DNA from: a virus
Direction: 5' to 3' (one strand)
IMG/VR virus record: IMGVR_UViG_3300027749_000039
Location: 126,603 to 190,602 of that record
DNA: 64,000 nucleotides
Position numbers and translations under genes: made by a program. The notes below the pieces were generated by a model. That model made no database searches and was not told the DNA's origin. It saw nothing but the letters and a program-made list of their open reading frames with translations. Below, piece by piece: positions 36,306-46,113 of this stretch. Position 1 is the stretch's first letter; each line of letters begins with the position of its first letter.

Positions 36306-37496
36306 ATGAAAAAAAAACAAGGATGGATTAAATCCATAAGACAATCCAAAGGATTAATATTTGTAGCAGTTACAGACGGAGCAAAAGATTTCCAAGTAAC
36401 AATAGTAGAAGCCGAATGTAAAATATACGGCGAACTAAAAGTAGGAGCTTCTTTTGAAGCACAAGGTAAAGATTCAACAACCCCAAAAGGATTATTTGAA
36501 TTTAAAGCATCTGAGTTTAAGATAATAGGTAGTTCCGATGACAGCTACCCTATACAGCCCAAGTCCCATGGTATGGATTTTCTACGTTCTATTTTAGAAT
36601 ATAGAGGAAAAACTAAACAATTTCAAGCAATTTGGAAAATTAGGCATCATTTAACACAGGCTATACATCAATTTTTTGATAGTGAAGGATTTTATCTCTA
36701 CCAAATTCCTATCATTATAGACAGCGATTGTGAGGGTGCCGGTGAAACTTTCCAAGTAAAAACTGAATGGTTAGATAGAGTTTTAACCGTATCAGGTCAG
36801 CTACATGGTGAAGTGGGTGCCATGAGTCTTGGTAAAATTTATTCATTTAGTCCATCTTTTAGAGCAGAAAAATCAGCCACCAAAAAACACTTAAGTGAGT
36901 TTTGGCATCTTGAACCAGAAATAGGATGGTATAGCATGGAAGATACTATGAGATTAGCAGAAAAATCTATAAAATTCTTTATCACATATGTATTAGAAAA
37001 ATGTGAATATGAATTTAAACAATTAGGTATAACTACTGAACATCTAACAGATGTTATAGAAAAAGAATGGAAAACTATTAAATACGAAGAAATAGTTAAA
37101 CTATTTGGTGTTAAATATGGTGAGGATATAAACTCGGAAACAGAACAGAAAATTGTAACACATTTTGGTTGCCCTGTGTTTATAACACATTATCCTGAAT
37201 CATTAAAGCCCTTTTACATGAAGAAAATAGGAGGTGTTGCTTTTTGTTTTGATTTGATTTTTGAATCAATAGGGGAATTAATTGGAGGTTCTGAGCGAGA
37301 AGATTCTTATGATAAATTAAAACAGTCTATGATAGATTCTGGTTTAGATTTAGATAAAATGGATTGGTATTTAAACACCAGAAAACACGGTTCAATTCCA
37401 CATAGTGGATATGGAATGGGATTTGAACGTCTGTTGATGTTTATTACAAAAGTTCCAAAAATACATGATGTTATACCTTTTCCTGTATCTTATTAA
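36306..37496 (+). CDS. asnS: Asparaginyl-tRNA synthetase
   Basis: OB fold, SDCEGAGETF, LTVSGQL, FRAEKS.T.KHLSEFWHLEPE, GGSERE, PHSGYGMGFER. Confidence 0.95.
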   Translation: MKKKQGWIKSIRQSKGLIFVAVTDGAKDFQVTIVEAECKIYGELKVGASFEAQGKDSTTPKGLFEFKASEFKIIGSSDDSYPIQPKSHGMDFLRSILEYRGKTKQFQAIWKIRHHLTQAIHQFFDSEGFYLYQIPIIIDSDCEGAGETFQVKTEWLDRVLTVSGQLHGEVGAMSLGKIYSFSPSFRAEKSATKKHLSEFWHLEPEIGWYSMEDTMRLAEKSIKFFITYVLEKCEYEFKQLGITTEHLTDVIEKEWKTIKYEEIVKLFGVKYGEDINSETEQKIVTHFGCPVFITHYPESLKPFYMKKIGGVAFCFDLIFESIGELIGGSEREDSYDKLKQSMIDSGLDLDKMDWYLNTRKHGSIPHSGYGMGFERLLMFITKVPKIHDVIPFPVSY

Positions 37497-37510
37497 AAAA
37501 TGGAGCGTAT

Positions 37511-38176
37511 TTAGATACGCTCCATTTTTTTTGCATATTTTTTTGTTATCAAATCAGATAAATTCCTATTTTTTAACCTCTTGGTTAAGGTAGTATAACA
37601 AATACCTAATTTTTTCGCAGTGGTTCCTATTGAATAATTATTACACATTTCAACTAATTTATCATTTTCGGGCCAATCTATTTTTGTATTTTTATCCATT
37701 AGAGTTTTATTACCATATCTATCATCTTTAAACTTATCTAACGACTTTGTTATCAATTTATGAGGACAAATACCATTATTTTGTGCTTTGCCACAATTAC
37801 AATTAAAACACATAACTTGTAAATCTTCTCTTATTGGATTTTTTCGTAAAACATAATAAAATGATTTGTTTTTATCTTCGTCTTTATAACCATCGTTGTT
37901 TATATGGTCTATGGTTAAAAACATAATTTCTTTTTCGCCGCAGCAAGAACATTGTCCACCATATTTTTTAATAACTTCGTGTTTAAGTGAAAATTGATAT
38001 TGACTTCTTTTTTCTTTTGCGAAAGGCATACTCTTATTATAATATTTCTTTTTATCTAAGCAAACACGACATCCTTTTTTATTTTCTTCTGGTTCTATAT
38101 TACCACAATAAATACATAAGCCATTTTCTTCTCTTATTTTCTTCTTTTTATTTCTTGTTTCGTTAGGGCTATACAT
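37511..38176 (-). mobile_element. HNH-type endonuclease
   Basis: CSCCG..FLTIDHINNDG..LQVMCFNCN. Confidence 0.82.
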
Positions 38177-38367
38177 AATTTCTTTTTTATTCTTTGTTTA
38201 TATTTTAATTCATTTCTTTTACACTTGATACAGCAGAACTTTTTGTTAGGTCGTCCTGTTATTTCATTTAAGCAGTTACGATAATTACATTTTCTCATAA
38301 GGTATATATTAAAAATCTGTCCTTCCTTTTAAAGATAATTTTGTAATGTCAAAACTTTATCGTATCT

Positions 38368-38793
38368 TTGTTCTATAAGTTTTTAATTATGATGTGTATA
38401 TGTTGCGATAAGAAGATTTCTCTATTATATCCAGAGATAGATTTACCTAATGGTAAATTAGAAGAAGATGTAGTTTTCAATACTAAAGAGAAAATACAAA
38501 TTGATGGCTCTCATGACGAAGAAATAACATTAGACGCTGGTTCAAAAATGTGGAATAACGGGATTGTTAATAAAGTATCAGCTGGATATGGTAGCTGTCA
38601 TGATGGTGATGAGTTTATTATCGCAATATGTGATGATTGTATTACTACAAAGAAGAGAACAGGCAATATAGCTTATATTAATAATTATATGGGTTACTCT
38701 TTACCAGGTGATGAAGATTATGAAAAATCAAGAATTGCTTGGAGACGATATAATAGGATAGACGATATATTAAATGATGAAGAAACCCAGTAA
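38368..38793 (+). CDS. Hypothetical protein ending RYNRIDDILND
   Basis: Motif family variant. Confidence 0.6.
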   Translation: MFYKFLIMMCICCDKKISLLYPEIDLPNGKLEEDVVFNTKEKIQIDGSHDEEITLDAGSKMWNNGIVNKVSAGYGSCHDGDEFIIAICDDCITTKKRTGNIAYINNYMGYSLPGDEDYEKSRIAWRRYNRIDDILNDEETQ

Positions 38794-38808
38794 AAACTGG
38801 GTTTCTTT

Positions 38809-41067
38809 TTATTTATCTAAACCGGTTCCTCTTCTAATTTTACTAAAATCTACTTTACTATCTGGATTAAATGGTAAATTAGCATCTTGATTTGCATTAT
38901 CAGTAAATATAATATATTTATAATCTGTTCCTATAATTGATAGGTTAAGTATTTTATTATGTTCTTTTTCAGGTATTATATTATTGAATAATCTAATATT
39001 AGTTATCTTAATATCTGAAGCAGGTATTGATGCATGTGTTTTTGGAGCTATATCAATAATAGTTGGTTGTATCGGTAATTCTATTTTGTATAACTGGTTT
39101 AATTTAGAAGATGTTAATTCTTCTGCATCTTCTTCGTATTCCACATTTCTCTTATAAAGATAAGCTGTTAATTTATGTAAGCGTTGATCAATATTTATAA
39201 CTAAACTATACCAAACATTTTCGGATAGAACATTTGATGTTTTGTTAGATAATTCTAATTGATATGTAGTTTCATTTATTATTGCAAATAAAGTATTACC
39301 TATCATATAAAAAACGAACCCATTATTAATATCATCAATATAATTAAAGAAAATATATGGTTCATTCATTGATATATTATTTATACTAAACCAACAATAA
39401 AATCCCATATTATCAGATGTTTTGTAGAAGAATTTAAAATTCCTATAAACAACACCTGGTGAATTAAATTGAACACTTGACATATCATAATGTGTTTTAG
39501 CTACCGTCACACTAGCATTTTCTATATTTTCTTTTTCTATATTAGCATATAATTCAACTCTTAGTGTTTCTTGTGCTTTATTAGCTACTCTTAATTGTTC
39601 TTGGTTAGCAGTAGATTTCTTATCTTGCATATTTTCAAGACCCATTAATTCTTCTAATGTAGTATTCTTAGTAAGATTATCAATAACATCTTGTATTTCT
39701 TGATTTGCGCCAATGATATTTGCTTTTTTGTTGAATTTCTTAAGTATTATTTTATAATAAACAGAATAGTTATTAAAATTTCTAATTGCCTGTGAATGCT
39801 CTATTGTATATAATTTATTTATATTACAAAACCAAATTACGTCATTTAAACCTGGTCTGCTTTGCACACCAAATGCTGATTTGAATGCATCTTTAGTTAT
39901 ATTAATTTCAAAAGATTCAAATAAGGTTAAGTCAAAATTATTTAATGAACCTGTATTATCTGGAAATTGATTATTATCCACACTAGCTTTTATTTTAGCA
40001 TCACATATATAATTTTGTACTTGATGTTCGTGGAATGTATAATCTATACCCTTTTGATCAGCGTCAGTTAATACATAAATAATATCATGTCCAAACAAAT
40101 TCGATACATCATTACTCATTTTATTAAATAAAGTTAAAGCTTGTGCTTGTTGATATGGTTGATAAAATTTAGCAATAGAATCGGCATTTGATATAGGTAA
40201 ATTAGTTGATTCAGTCGAATAATTTGGCATCAACATACTTGATTGTCCACCAGGTGGCATATTTTCTAAAGTTGTTGTATCTCCTATTATGTTTAACAAA
40301 AGGCAATTACAATTTTCTCTAACACCATATAAATTAGACTTTTGTCCATCTAATGATACATTTTGAAAATCACCAATTAAATTAATATCAAATATAGAAA
40401 CACCAGTTGACCCATTATATTTTACATAATATTCAATTTGGAAAAACCGAATTGGATTAATTCTTTCACCTATTACATTTGCTTTGGTAAATTCGGTCCA
40501 GTTATTAATTGTTCTACCATAATCTTGTGAATAACGATAGTAAATAGTTGTATTCTCAATATCGCCTTTACTTAATATTTCTATATCAGTTAATTTGAAT
40601 ACTTTATAAATATAAGGCGGTTTTATTACAACTTCGGTATTAGTTGACGATAATTTAATTGTGCTTAACCCATCGCTTATATTCCTATCTAAACTACCTT
40701 CTAGATTATAATCTAATAAAGTAATAACACCTGTATTTGAATCACCTTCTCTTATCCATTTTATATCAATGAACATTTTATATTTTGGATCAAACGGTAT
40801 AAAATTGTCAATTTCATTGTTAAGTTCTAACCAGTCTGTCCATTTTATAGCGTCTTTAGAAACTCTATATTGTGTTGTTAAATATCTATAATTATCAGAT
40901 CCGGTTATGCTGTAAGTAAATGATTTAAAGTATTTAACATTTTCCAAATTAATAAAAGATAATGAATATGAATCACCTATTTTATTAAATATAGGCGCAT
41001 TAGTTGTATTATAATTATCTGTTATGGTAATACTTCCAAGTATAGAATCTGATGATATAGTAAACAT
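38809..41067 (-). CDS. Virion protein: T4 gp14-like neck domain plus C-terminal LamG/ConA-like domain
   Basis: LFGHDIIY..FESFEINI..RPGLNDVIWF..NKLYTI resembles the neck-protein pattern; WYSLVINID..ITNIRLFN is LamG-like. Confidence 0.5.
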   Translation of the reverse strand: MFTISSDSILGSITITDNYNTTNAPIFNKIGDSYSLSFINLENVKYFKSFTYSITGSDNYRYLTTQYRVSKDAIKWTDWLELNNEIDNFIPFDPKYKMFIDIKWIREGDSNTGVITLLDYNLEGSLDRNISDGLSTIKLSSTNTEVVIKPPYIYKVFKLTDIEILSKGDIENTTIYYRYSQDYGRTINNWTEFTKANVIGERINPIRFFQIEYYVKYNGSTGVSIFDINLIGDFQNVSLDGQKSNLYGVRENCNCLLLNIIGDTTTLENMPPGGQSSMLMPNYSTESTNLPISNADSIAKFYQPYQQAQALTLFNKMSNDVSNLFGHDIIYVLTDADQKGIDYTFHEHQVQNYICDAKIKASVDNNQFPDNTGSLNNFDLTLFESFEINITKDAFKSAFGVQSRPGLNDVIWFCNINKLYTIEHSQAIRNFNNYSVYYKIILKKFNKKANIIGANQEIQDVIDNLTKNTTLEELMGLENMQDKKSTANQEQLRVANKAQETLRVELYANIEKENIENASVTVAKTHYDMSSVQFNSPGVVYRNFKFFYKTSDNMGFYCWFSINNISMNEPYIFFNYIDDINNGFVFYMIGNTLFAIINETTYQLELSNKTSNVLSENVWYSLVINIDQRLHKLTAYLYKRNVEYEEDAEELTSSKLNQLYKIELPIQPTIIDIAPKTHASIPASDIKITNIRLFNNIIPEKEHNKILNLSIIGTDYKYIIFTDNANQDANLPFNPDSKVDFSKIRRGTGLDK

Positions 41068-41158
41068 ATCATATATATTAAAAACTTATGTTTGAAACTT
41101 TTAACAAAAATTTTGCATTTTAACAAAAATTTAGTATCTTTGTATAAATAAAGTATAA

Positions 41159-42391
41159 ATGAACGTTAAAGAAAAATTCTTAGAACTTACAAGTAGAACC
41201 TATCCTCACGAAACAGAACATGAGTTATATCCTCTACTACCAGATAATTTATTGACAGATGATTTTGGTAATAAATATATCCAAATAGGTGATACAACTA
41301 CAATGTTTACATCACACCTAGATACCGCCACCAAAGCTAACACTAATATAACACACGTTATAGACGGTGATATTATTAAGACTGATGGTAAAACAATTCT
41401 CGGTGCCGATGACAAAGCAGGTGTTGTTATCATGCTTAACATGATTGAGAATAACGTTCCTGGTTTATATTACTTCTTTCTTGGTGAAGAAGTTGGATGT
41501 ATTGGTAGCTCAAAATTAGCAGAAAGCTTTAAAAAATCACAAAAATTAGAACACATAAACAAAGTTATATCTTTTGATAGGCGAGATACAGATTCTATAA
41601 TTACGCATCAATCTTCTGCTAGAAGTTGCTCTGACGCTTTTGCGGAAGCATTAGCTGAACAGTTAAATCGTTTCTCTAAAGAAGTATATGATAATGATAC
41701 AGTATTTGAATACAAGAAAGACCATACTGGTATATGCACTGACTCAATTCAATTTACTTCACTTTATTCGGAATGCACCAATATATCTGTTGGCTATTAT
41801 GAAGAACATACTTTTAGAGAAAGACAGAATATTAAACACTTAGATAAATTAGCTAAAACTTGTTGCTTACTTGATTGGGAGTCATTACCAGTTGAAAGAG
41901 ATTTTACTAAGAAAGAATATTATAGTTATGGGCAAAGCTATCAGAGTCACTATGGTAGTAGATGGAGTGAAGAAGATTATGAATATAGTAATAGAAGTTA
42001 TAGTAGATATGGAAGCTCTTATAACAACTACAGCACTGCGTTAAAAGATGAGAAAAAATATTTTATTGATAGATCATTTGGTTCAGCATATTCTTCTTCA
42101 ATAACTGTTGAAAATGGAAGTAATAAAGTAAAAGCAGTTAATTTATCTTATGATAGATTAAATTATGAAAAATCTTTAATAGAAGAATTATTCTATTATT
42201 TAGAAGTTCAATATAAAGCATTGACTTGGTCAGGTGAGAAAGCTATTGTATGTTATGATAATAGTCATGTATTTACTAATGTAAGTAGAGATGAGTTATC
42301 GGAATTTCTACCAGAATTAAACTTCTGGGAAATTGAATATGAAAGACAAATTCATGAAGACTTATGGGATTCTCCAGATTGGATGTGGTAA
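41159..42391 (+). CDS. M28-family zinc peptidase
   Basis: SHLDT, LGADDKAG, GEEVGCIGS, ISFDRR. Confidence 0.85.
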   Translation: MNVKEKFLELTSRTYPHETEHELYPLLPDNLLTDDFGNKYIQIGDTTTMFTSHLDTATKANTNITHVIDGDIIKTDGKTILGADDKAGVVIMLNMIENNVPGLYYFFLGEEVGCIGSSKLAESFKKSQKLEHINKVISFDRRDTDSIITHQSSARSCSDAFAEALAEQLNRFSKEVYDNDTVFEYKKDHTGICTDSIQFTSLYSECTNISVGYYEEHTFRERQNIKHLDKLAKTCCLLDWESLPVERDFTKKEYYSYGQSYQSHYGSRWSEEDYEYSNRSYSRYGSSYNNYSTALKDEKKYFIDRSFGSAYSSSITVENGSNKVKAVNLSYDRLNYEKSLIEELFYYLEVQYKALTWSGEKAIVCYDNSHVFTNVSRDELSEFLPELNFWEIEYERQIHEDLWDSPDWMW

Positions 42392-42406
42392 TAAAAATAA
42401 ATAATT

Positions 42407-42871
42407 ATGAAACAAAAAATAGGTATTTTTGCAGGATCTTTTAATCCATTTACAATTGCACATAAAAACATTTTAGAAAAAGCCGAAAGAATACTTGGTA
42501 TTGGAAACGTTGTAGTTGCGATTGGTTGTAATCCAGCCAAAGGTTCTATTGCCGATAAAAGTCGGGAAGCTAATTCGTTAGCTTCCCGACTAGAAACACC
42601 AGTTATATCTTATACAACTTTTCTACATGAATTGATTCTTCAAAAAGAAGAAGAAGGTTATGATGTTGTATTAGTTCGTGGATTAAGAAATGGCGAAGAT
42701 TTAGCTTATGAAGAAAATCAATTAAAATTCATAAGAGAGTTCTTACCAGAAGACTATTTACTTAATACAATATTCTTAATTTCAGATGAAGAATATAAAC
42801 ATATTAGTTCATCAGCGGTAAGACAATTAGAATCATTCAGAGAGGGTAGTGCTAAACAATATGTAATATGA
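42407..42871 (+). CDS. coaD: Phosphopantetheine adenylyltransferase
   Basis: FAGSFNPFTIAH, VRGLRN..DLAYE, HISSSAVR. Confidence 0.85.
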   Translation: MKQKIGIFAGSFNPFTIAHKNILEKAERILGIGNVVVAIGCNPAKGSIADKSREANSLASRLETPVISYTTFLHELILQKEEEGYDVVLVRGLRNGEDLAYEENQLKFIREFLPEDYLLNTIFLISDEEYKHISSSAVRQLESFREGSAKQYVI

Positions 42872-42962
42872 TTATAATAGATAAGCGTTATACAATAAAA
42901 TTCAGTAAAAATGGTATACTTCAATATGCCGACTTTAGTGAGAAAGATGGTGAAGAAATCCA

Positions 42963-44007
42963 ATGACAAATATGAAAAATTTTACACAAAAAAAGACTAA
43001 CTTAAATACCAAAGTGGATTTTAGTAAAGAAAAATTAGAAGAACCATTTATAGCAATGGAACCAAAACATGTGCCTGTTGATAACCAAACAACTTTTGAA
43101 AAAATGTTTAATCGCACCATTGACCAGAAGTATATCTGCACCTGCGAGTATTATGGTTCCTATTTTGTAGGCTCAATTAAAGAAATTGAACTATGGATAC
43201 ATCAAGAAGGTATCAAACCCGATGAGGATACTATAGAAATATATGAATTGAAGTCAGATAAACCATTGTCGTTCAACATAAAAACTACTATTGAGATAAT
43301 CTAATGAAAGCAAATTTTAATTTTAATTTATCAGATATTGATGGTAATCAAATAATTGATTATCTTAATAAAAACTATGATGGCAGCATCGAACTTGTAA
43401 GACAAGAAATTATCAAAAAGCCAAACGGTACATTTTATCGTTTATTCTTTTCAAGAGAATGGTATCGTGGTGATATTTACTATGAAAATTATCTAGCAAT
43501 AGATAAGGATGGTATTAATGTATATTCTGATGAGCCATGGGAGGGCAATGAAGATGACGAGGAAATGGAAACTTTATTATCTGAATGGTTAAAAACTTAT
43601 ACTTTTGAAAAAATTGATTATAAATCAAAATTTTATCTTTTAATGTTAGATGTTGAGGCTGATATTTCTGGAATCATTAATGAACCTAAACAGGAAACTA
43701 TTGATGCTATGATTGAAAAGCTAAAATTAGCTAAAACTTATTTATGAGAAAATTAAAAAGAACTCATAAAAATTTAATGATAATTGAAGCAGGATTTATT
43801 TATTGCAAACGGAATAATATAGAATTTGATGCGGATTATTTTATAGATAATATCTTTATGACGGATGAATTTCATGACGACAACAATAATAAATTTGATT
43901 CTATTTGTGAAGATTTAAGATGCTACCGCTATTATGAGAAGTATAAATTAAAAGAAATTACCGAAGAAGAATACGAAACATGTGTTGATATGTTCGGTGA
44001 GATATAA
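42963..44007 (+). CDS. Three hypothetical proteins (42963-43304, 43304-43747, 43744-44007)
   Basis: Coupled ORFs. Confidence 0.55.
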
Positions 44008-44036
44008 ACTTTAATCCAATTTATCATATAAGTTAT

Positions 44037-44360
44037 ATGATAAATTGGATTAAAAAATTATTTAAGAAAAAAGAAGAAATCCCTGCTTCTGTGTCGTCCA
44101 TCACAGAATGGGTCGATGAAAAAGGTGTTCCGCACAAAAAATTTGTAATAGCAGTTGGTAATTCTTCAAAAGAAAAAGCCGAAGAACAAATTGGAAAATT
44201 AATTGCTTCTTATAAAGAAGATGTAGAATGGGATGATTCTATAGGCGAACTAAAAATCAATGGTGAAAAAAACTTACCTTATAACAAAACTATTTGGTTT
44301 CCTTCACCTGATACCGATAGTGGTGTAAAAATTGAAGAAATTAAATCAGATAAAAAATAA
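44037..44360 (+). CDS. Small protein resembling an internal segment of T4 gp20-like portal proteins
   Basis: KKFVIAVGNSSKEKAEEQIGKLIASYKEDVEWDDSIGELKINGEKNLPYNKTIWFPS parallels the gp20 F.IDVGNLPK.KAEQYL..IM..Y...YD..TGE...FWLP segment (recalled). Confidence 0.55.
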   Translation: MINWIKKLFKKKEEIPASVSSITEWVDEKGVPHKKFVIAVGNSSKEKAEEQIGKLIASYKEDVEWDDSIGELKINGEKNLPYNKTIWFPSPDTDSGVKIEEIKSDKK

Positions 44361-44378
44361 AAATATCTGTAAAATTAT

Positions 44379-44409
44379 TTTGTATAATCACAAATACTTC
44401 GTATCTTTG
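44379..44409 (+). promoter_or_regulatory. Bacteroidota-type promoter for the Asp/Pro/Gln tRNA-glnS unit
   Basis: TTTG-N19-TATCTTTG. Confidence 0.8.
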
Positions 44410-44483
44410 TGTAACAAAAGCAAAGAATAAATACTTAATTAAAGACAACAAAAAAGCATTTTTAAAATACAATATATACTATT

Positions 44484-44579
44484 ATGAAAAACATTCTAAA
44501 CATACAAAACCCTCAACAACCGCAAGTTGATGTCGATCAGGATCCTGATACGATGAGGACTAACCATGTTAGAATGTAA
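44484..44579 (+). CDS. Attenuator leader peptide L6: MKNILNIQNPQQPQVDVDQDPDTMRTNHVRM
   Basis: 5 Gln, 3 Pro, 4 Asp in codons 8-22. Confidence 0.88.
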   Translation: MKNILNIQNPQQPQVDVDQDPDTMRTNHVRM

Positions 44580-44602
44580 ATGAATTATATTACATTTTTA
44601 AT

Positions 44603-44635
44603 AGCCAGTTAGTCGAAAGATTAACTGGTTTTTTT
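44603..44635 (+). terminator. Intrinsic terminator of attenuator L6
   Basis: AGCCAGTTAGTC-GAAA-GATTAACTGGTT-TTTTT. Confidence 0.9.
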
Positions 44636-44659
44636 GTTTTATATAGCGAGAATTAGTAA

Positions 44660-44748
44660 GGTTACGGCGAATAATGGCTGGTTCGCTACTCTGTCACAGT
44701 AGTAAGTAGGTTAAAACCGAAAAGAGGGTTCGATTCCCTTCGTAACCG
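44660..44748 (+). tRNA. tRNA-Asp(GTC) with long variable arm
   Basis: CTACT-CTGTCAC-AGTAG; G73. Confidence 0.75.
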
Positions 44749-44753
44749 CAAAA

Positions 44754-44827
44754 GGCACCATATATCAATTGGTTAGATTTTCCGCCTGTCACATGGAAGG
44801 CTACGGGTTCGAGCCCCGTTGGTGTCG
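44754..44827 (+). tRNA. tRNA-Asp(GTC), second
   Basis: Loop CTGTCAC, imperfect stem; G73. Confidence 0.8.
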
Positions 44828-44832
44828 CAAAA

Positions 44833-44906
44833 GGTCTGTTAGTAGAAATGGATACAATATCTCCCTGTCACGGAGAAGGTTGCCGGATCGTACCCGGTAC
44901 AGACCG
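44833..44906 (+). tRNA. tRNA-Asp(GTC), third
   Basis: TCTCC-CTGTCAC-GGAGA; G73. Confidence 0.9.
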
Positions 44907-44911
44907 CTAAA

Positions 44912-44984
44912 CGAGTATGAAGTGTAACCAGGTTGCACACGAATTTTGGGAATTCGTAGAGACGTTCGAATCGTACATGCTCGA
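44912..44984 (+). tRNA. tRNA-Pro(TGG)
   Basis: CGAAT-TTTGGGA-ATTCG; C1:G72, A73; weak T stem. Confidence 0.8.
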
Positions 44985-45037
44985 CAAAAAATCACTGCTT
45001 CGATTAAACTTTCTCCGACAATTTTAATATATATCTT

Positions 45038-45967
45038 ATGGATATAATTAAAATTATAAATGAAAGTTTTTCCATTAATGATTTAGCCAAAAAATTATAT
45101 GGTTATTCTAATGGCAAGAGCAATAAAAAAGCAATAGAAGTTTTAAAACAAAACGGATTTGATATATCTTTTTTTGACGGAAAAAGTAAAAATAGAAAAT
45201 ATCAAAAAATAAAAATTATTTGTCCTATTTGTTTTGTGGAATTTGAAACAACTGAAAATGGTAAAAAAACATGTTCTTCTTCATGTTCTAATTCTTATTT
45301 TCAACACGGGAAAAATAATCCTGATTTTGATCAAGAAAAATATGAGGAAAGATATAAAAAAGTATCTAATACATTAAAAACTAATATTCCTTGGAATAAA
45401 GGCAAAAATGATAAGGCAAAAATAAAAACATGTCTAAATTGTAAAATTGAATTTGAACCTAAAACACACACACAGAAATATTGTTGCAAAAAATGCCAAT
45501 TTTCATGTAAAGAGTATAGAAAATTATTAAGTGACAATGTTAAAGAAAGAATAAAAAATGGAACACATAAAGGTTGGCAATCAAGAAATATTGAGAGTTA
45601 TCCTGAAAAATTCTTTAAAAAAGTATTAAAAAATAATGGTATTGAATATATACCAAATAAAACAATAATAAAAAAAGACTATAATATAGAAGGCAATGGT
45701 AATTATTTTTTAGATTTTTATATAAAAGAAGGAAATATAGATTTAGAAATAGACGGCAAGCAACATGATTATAGGGTCGAACATGATAATGAACGAGATA
45801 ACAATTTATCAAAGCATTTCAACATTTATAGAATAAAATGGCAGTCAATAAATAGCGAAACAGGAAAACAATATATAAAAAAAGAAATTAAAAAATTTAT
45901 AAAATATTATAACAAAATGAAAAACTTAACTTTACAACAACAGCAACAAATGATTAAACTAGATTGA
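45038..45967 (+). mobile_element. DUF559/Vsr-like homing endonuclease with Zn fingers; last 16 codons are the Gln leader
   Basis: YFLDFY...LEIDGKQHD..R....YRIKW; CPIC, CxxxC motifs. Confidence 0.8.
45917..45967 (+). CDS. Attenuator leader peptide L7: MKNLTLQQQQQMIKLD (in frame with the endonuclease ORF)
   Basis: CAA CAA CAG CAA CAA run, typical MKN start; terminator and three tRNA-Gln follow. Confidence 0.85.
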   Translation: MKNLTLQQQQQMIKLD

Positions 45968-45988
45968 TGGTATTGTATAGTTATGTAT

Positions 45989-46020
45989 AAACCTATCAGT
46001 CTAAACTGATAGGTTTTTTT
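45989..46020 (+). terminator. Intrinsic terminator of attenuator L7
   Basis: AAACCTATCAGT-CTAA-ACTGATAGGTTT-TTTT. Confidence 0.9.
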
Positions 46021-46022
46021 AT

Positions 46023-46108
46023 GCTCCTCTGGTGTAATTGGTTAACATACTTGATTTTGAGTCAAGGGACAGGTAATGCAAGTCAGGGTTCGAATCCTTG
46101 GAGGAGTA
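46023..46108 (+). tRNA. tRNA-Gln(TTG) with long variable arm
   Basis: CTTGA-TTTTGAG-TCAAG; A73. Confidence 0.75.
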
Positions 46109-46113
46109 CAAAT

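Noticed and set aside
3769-45967. Self-splicing introns hosting the endonucleases
   Set aside because: The endonuclease genes lie between intact tRNA genes rather than within them, and no group I core or group II domain V was recognised.
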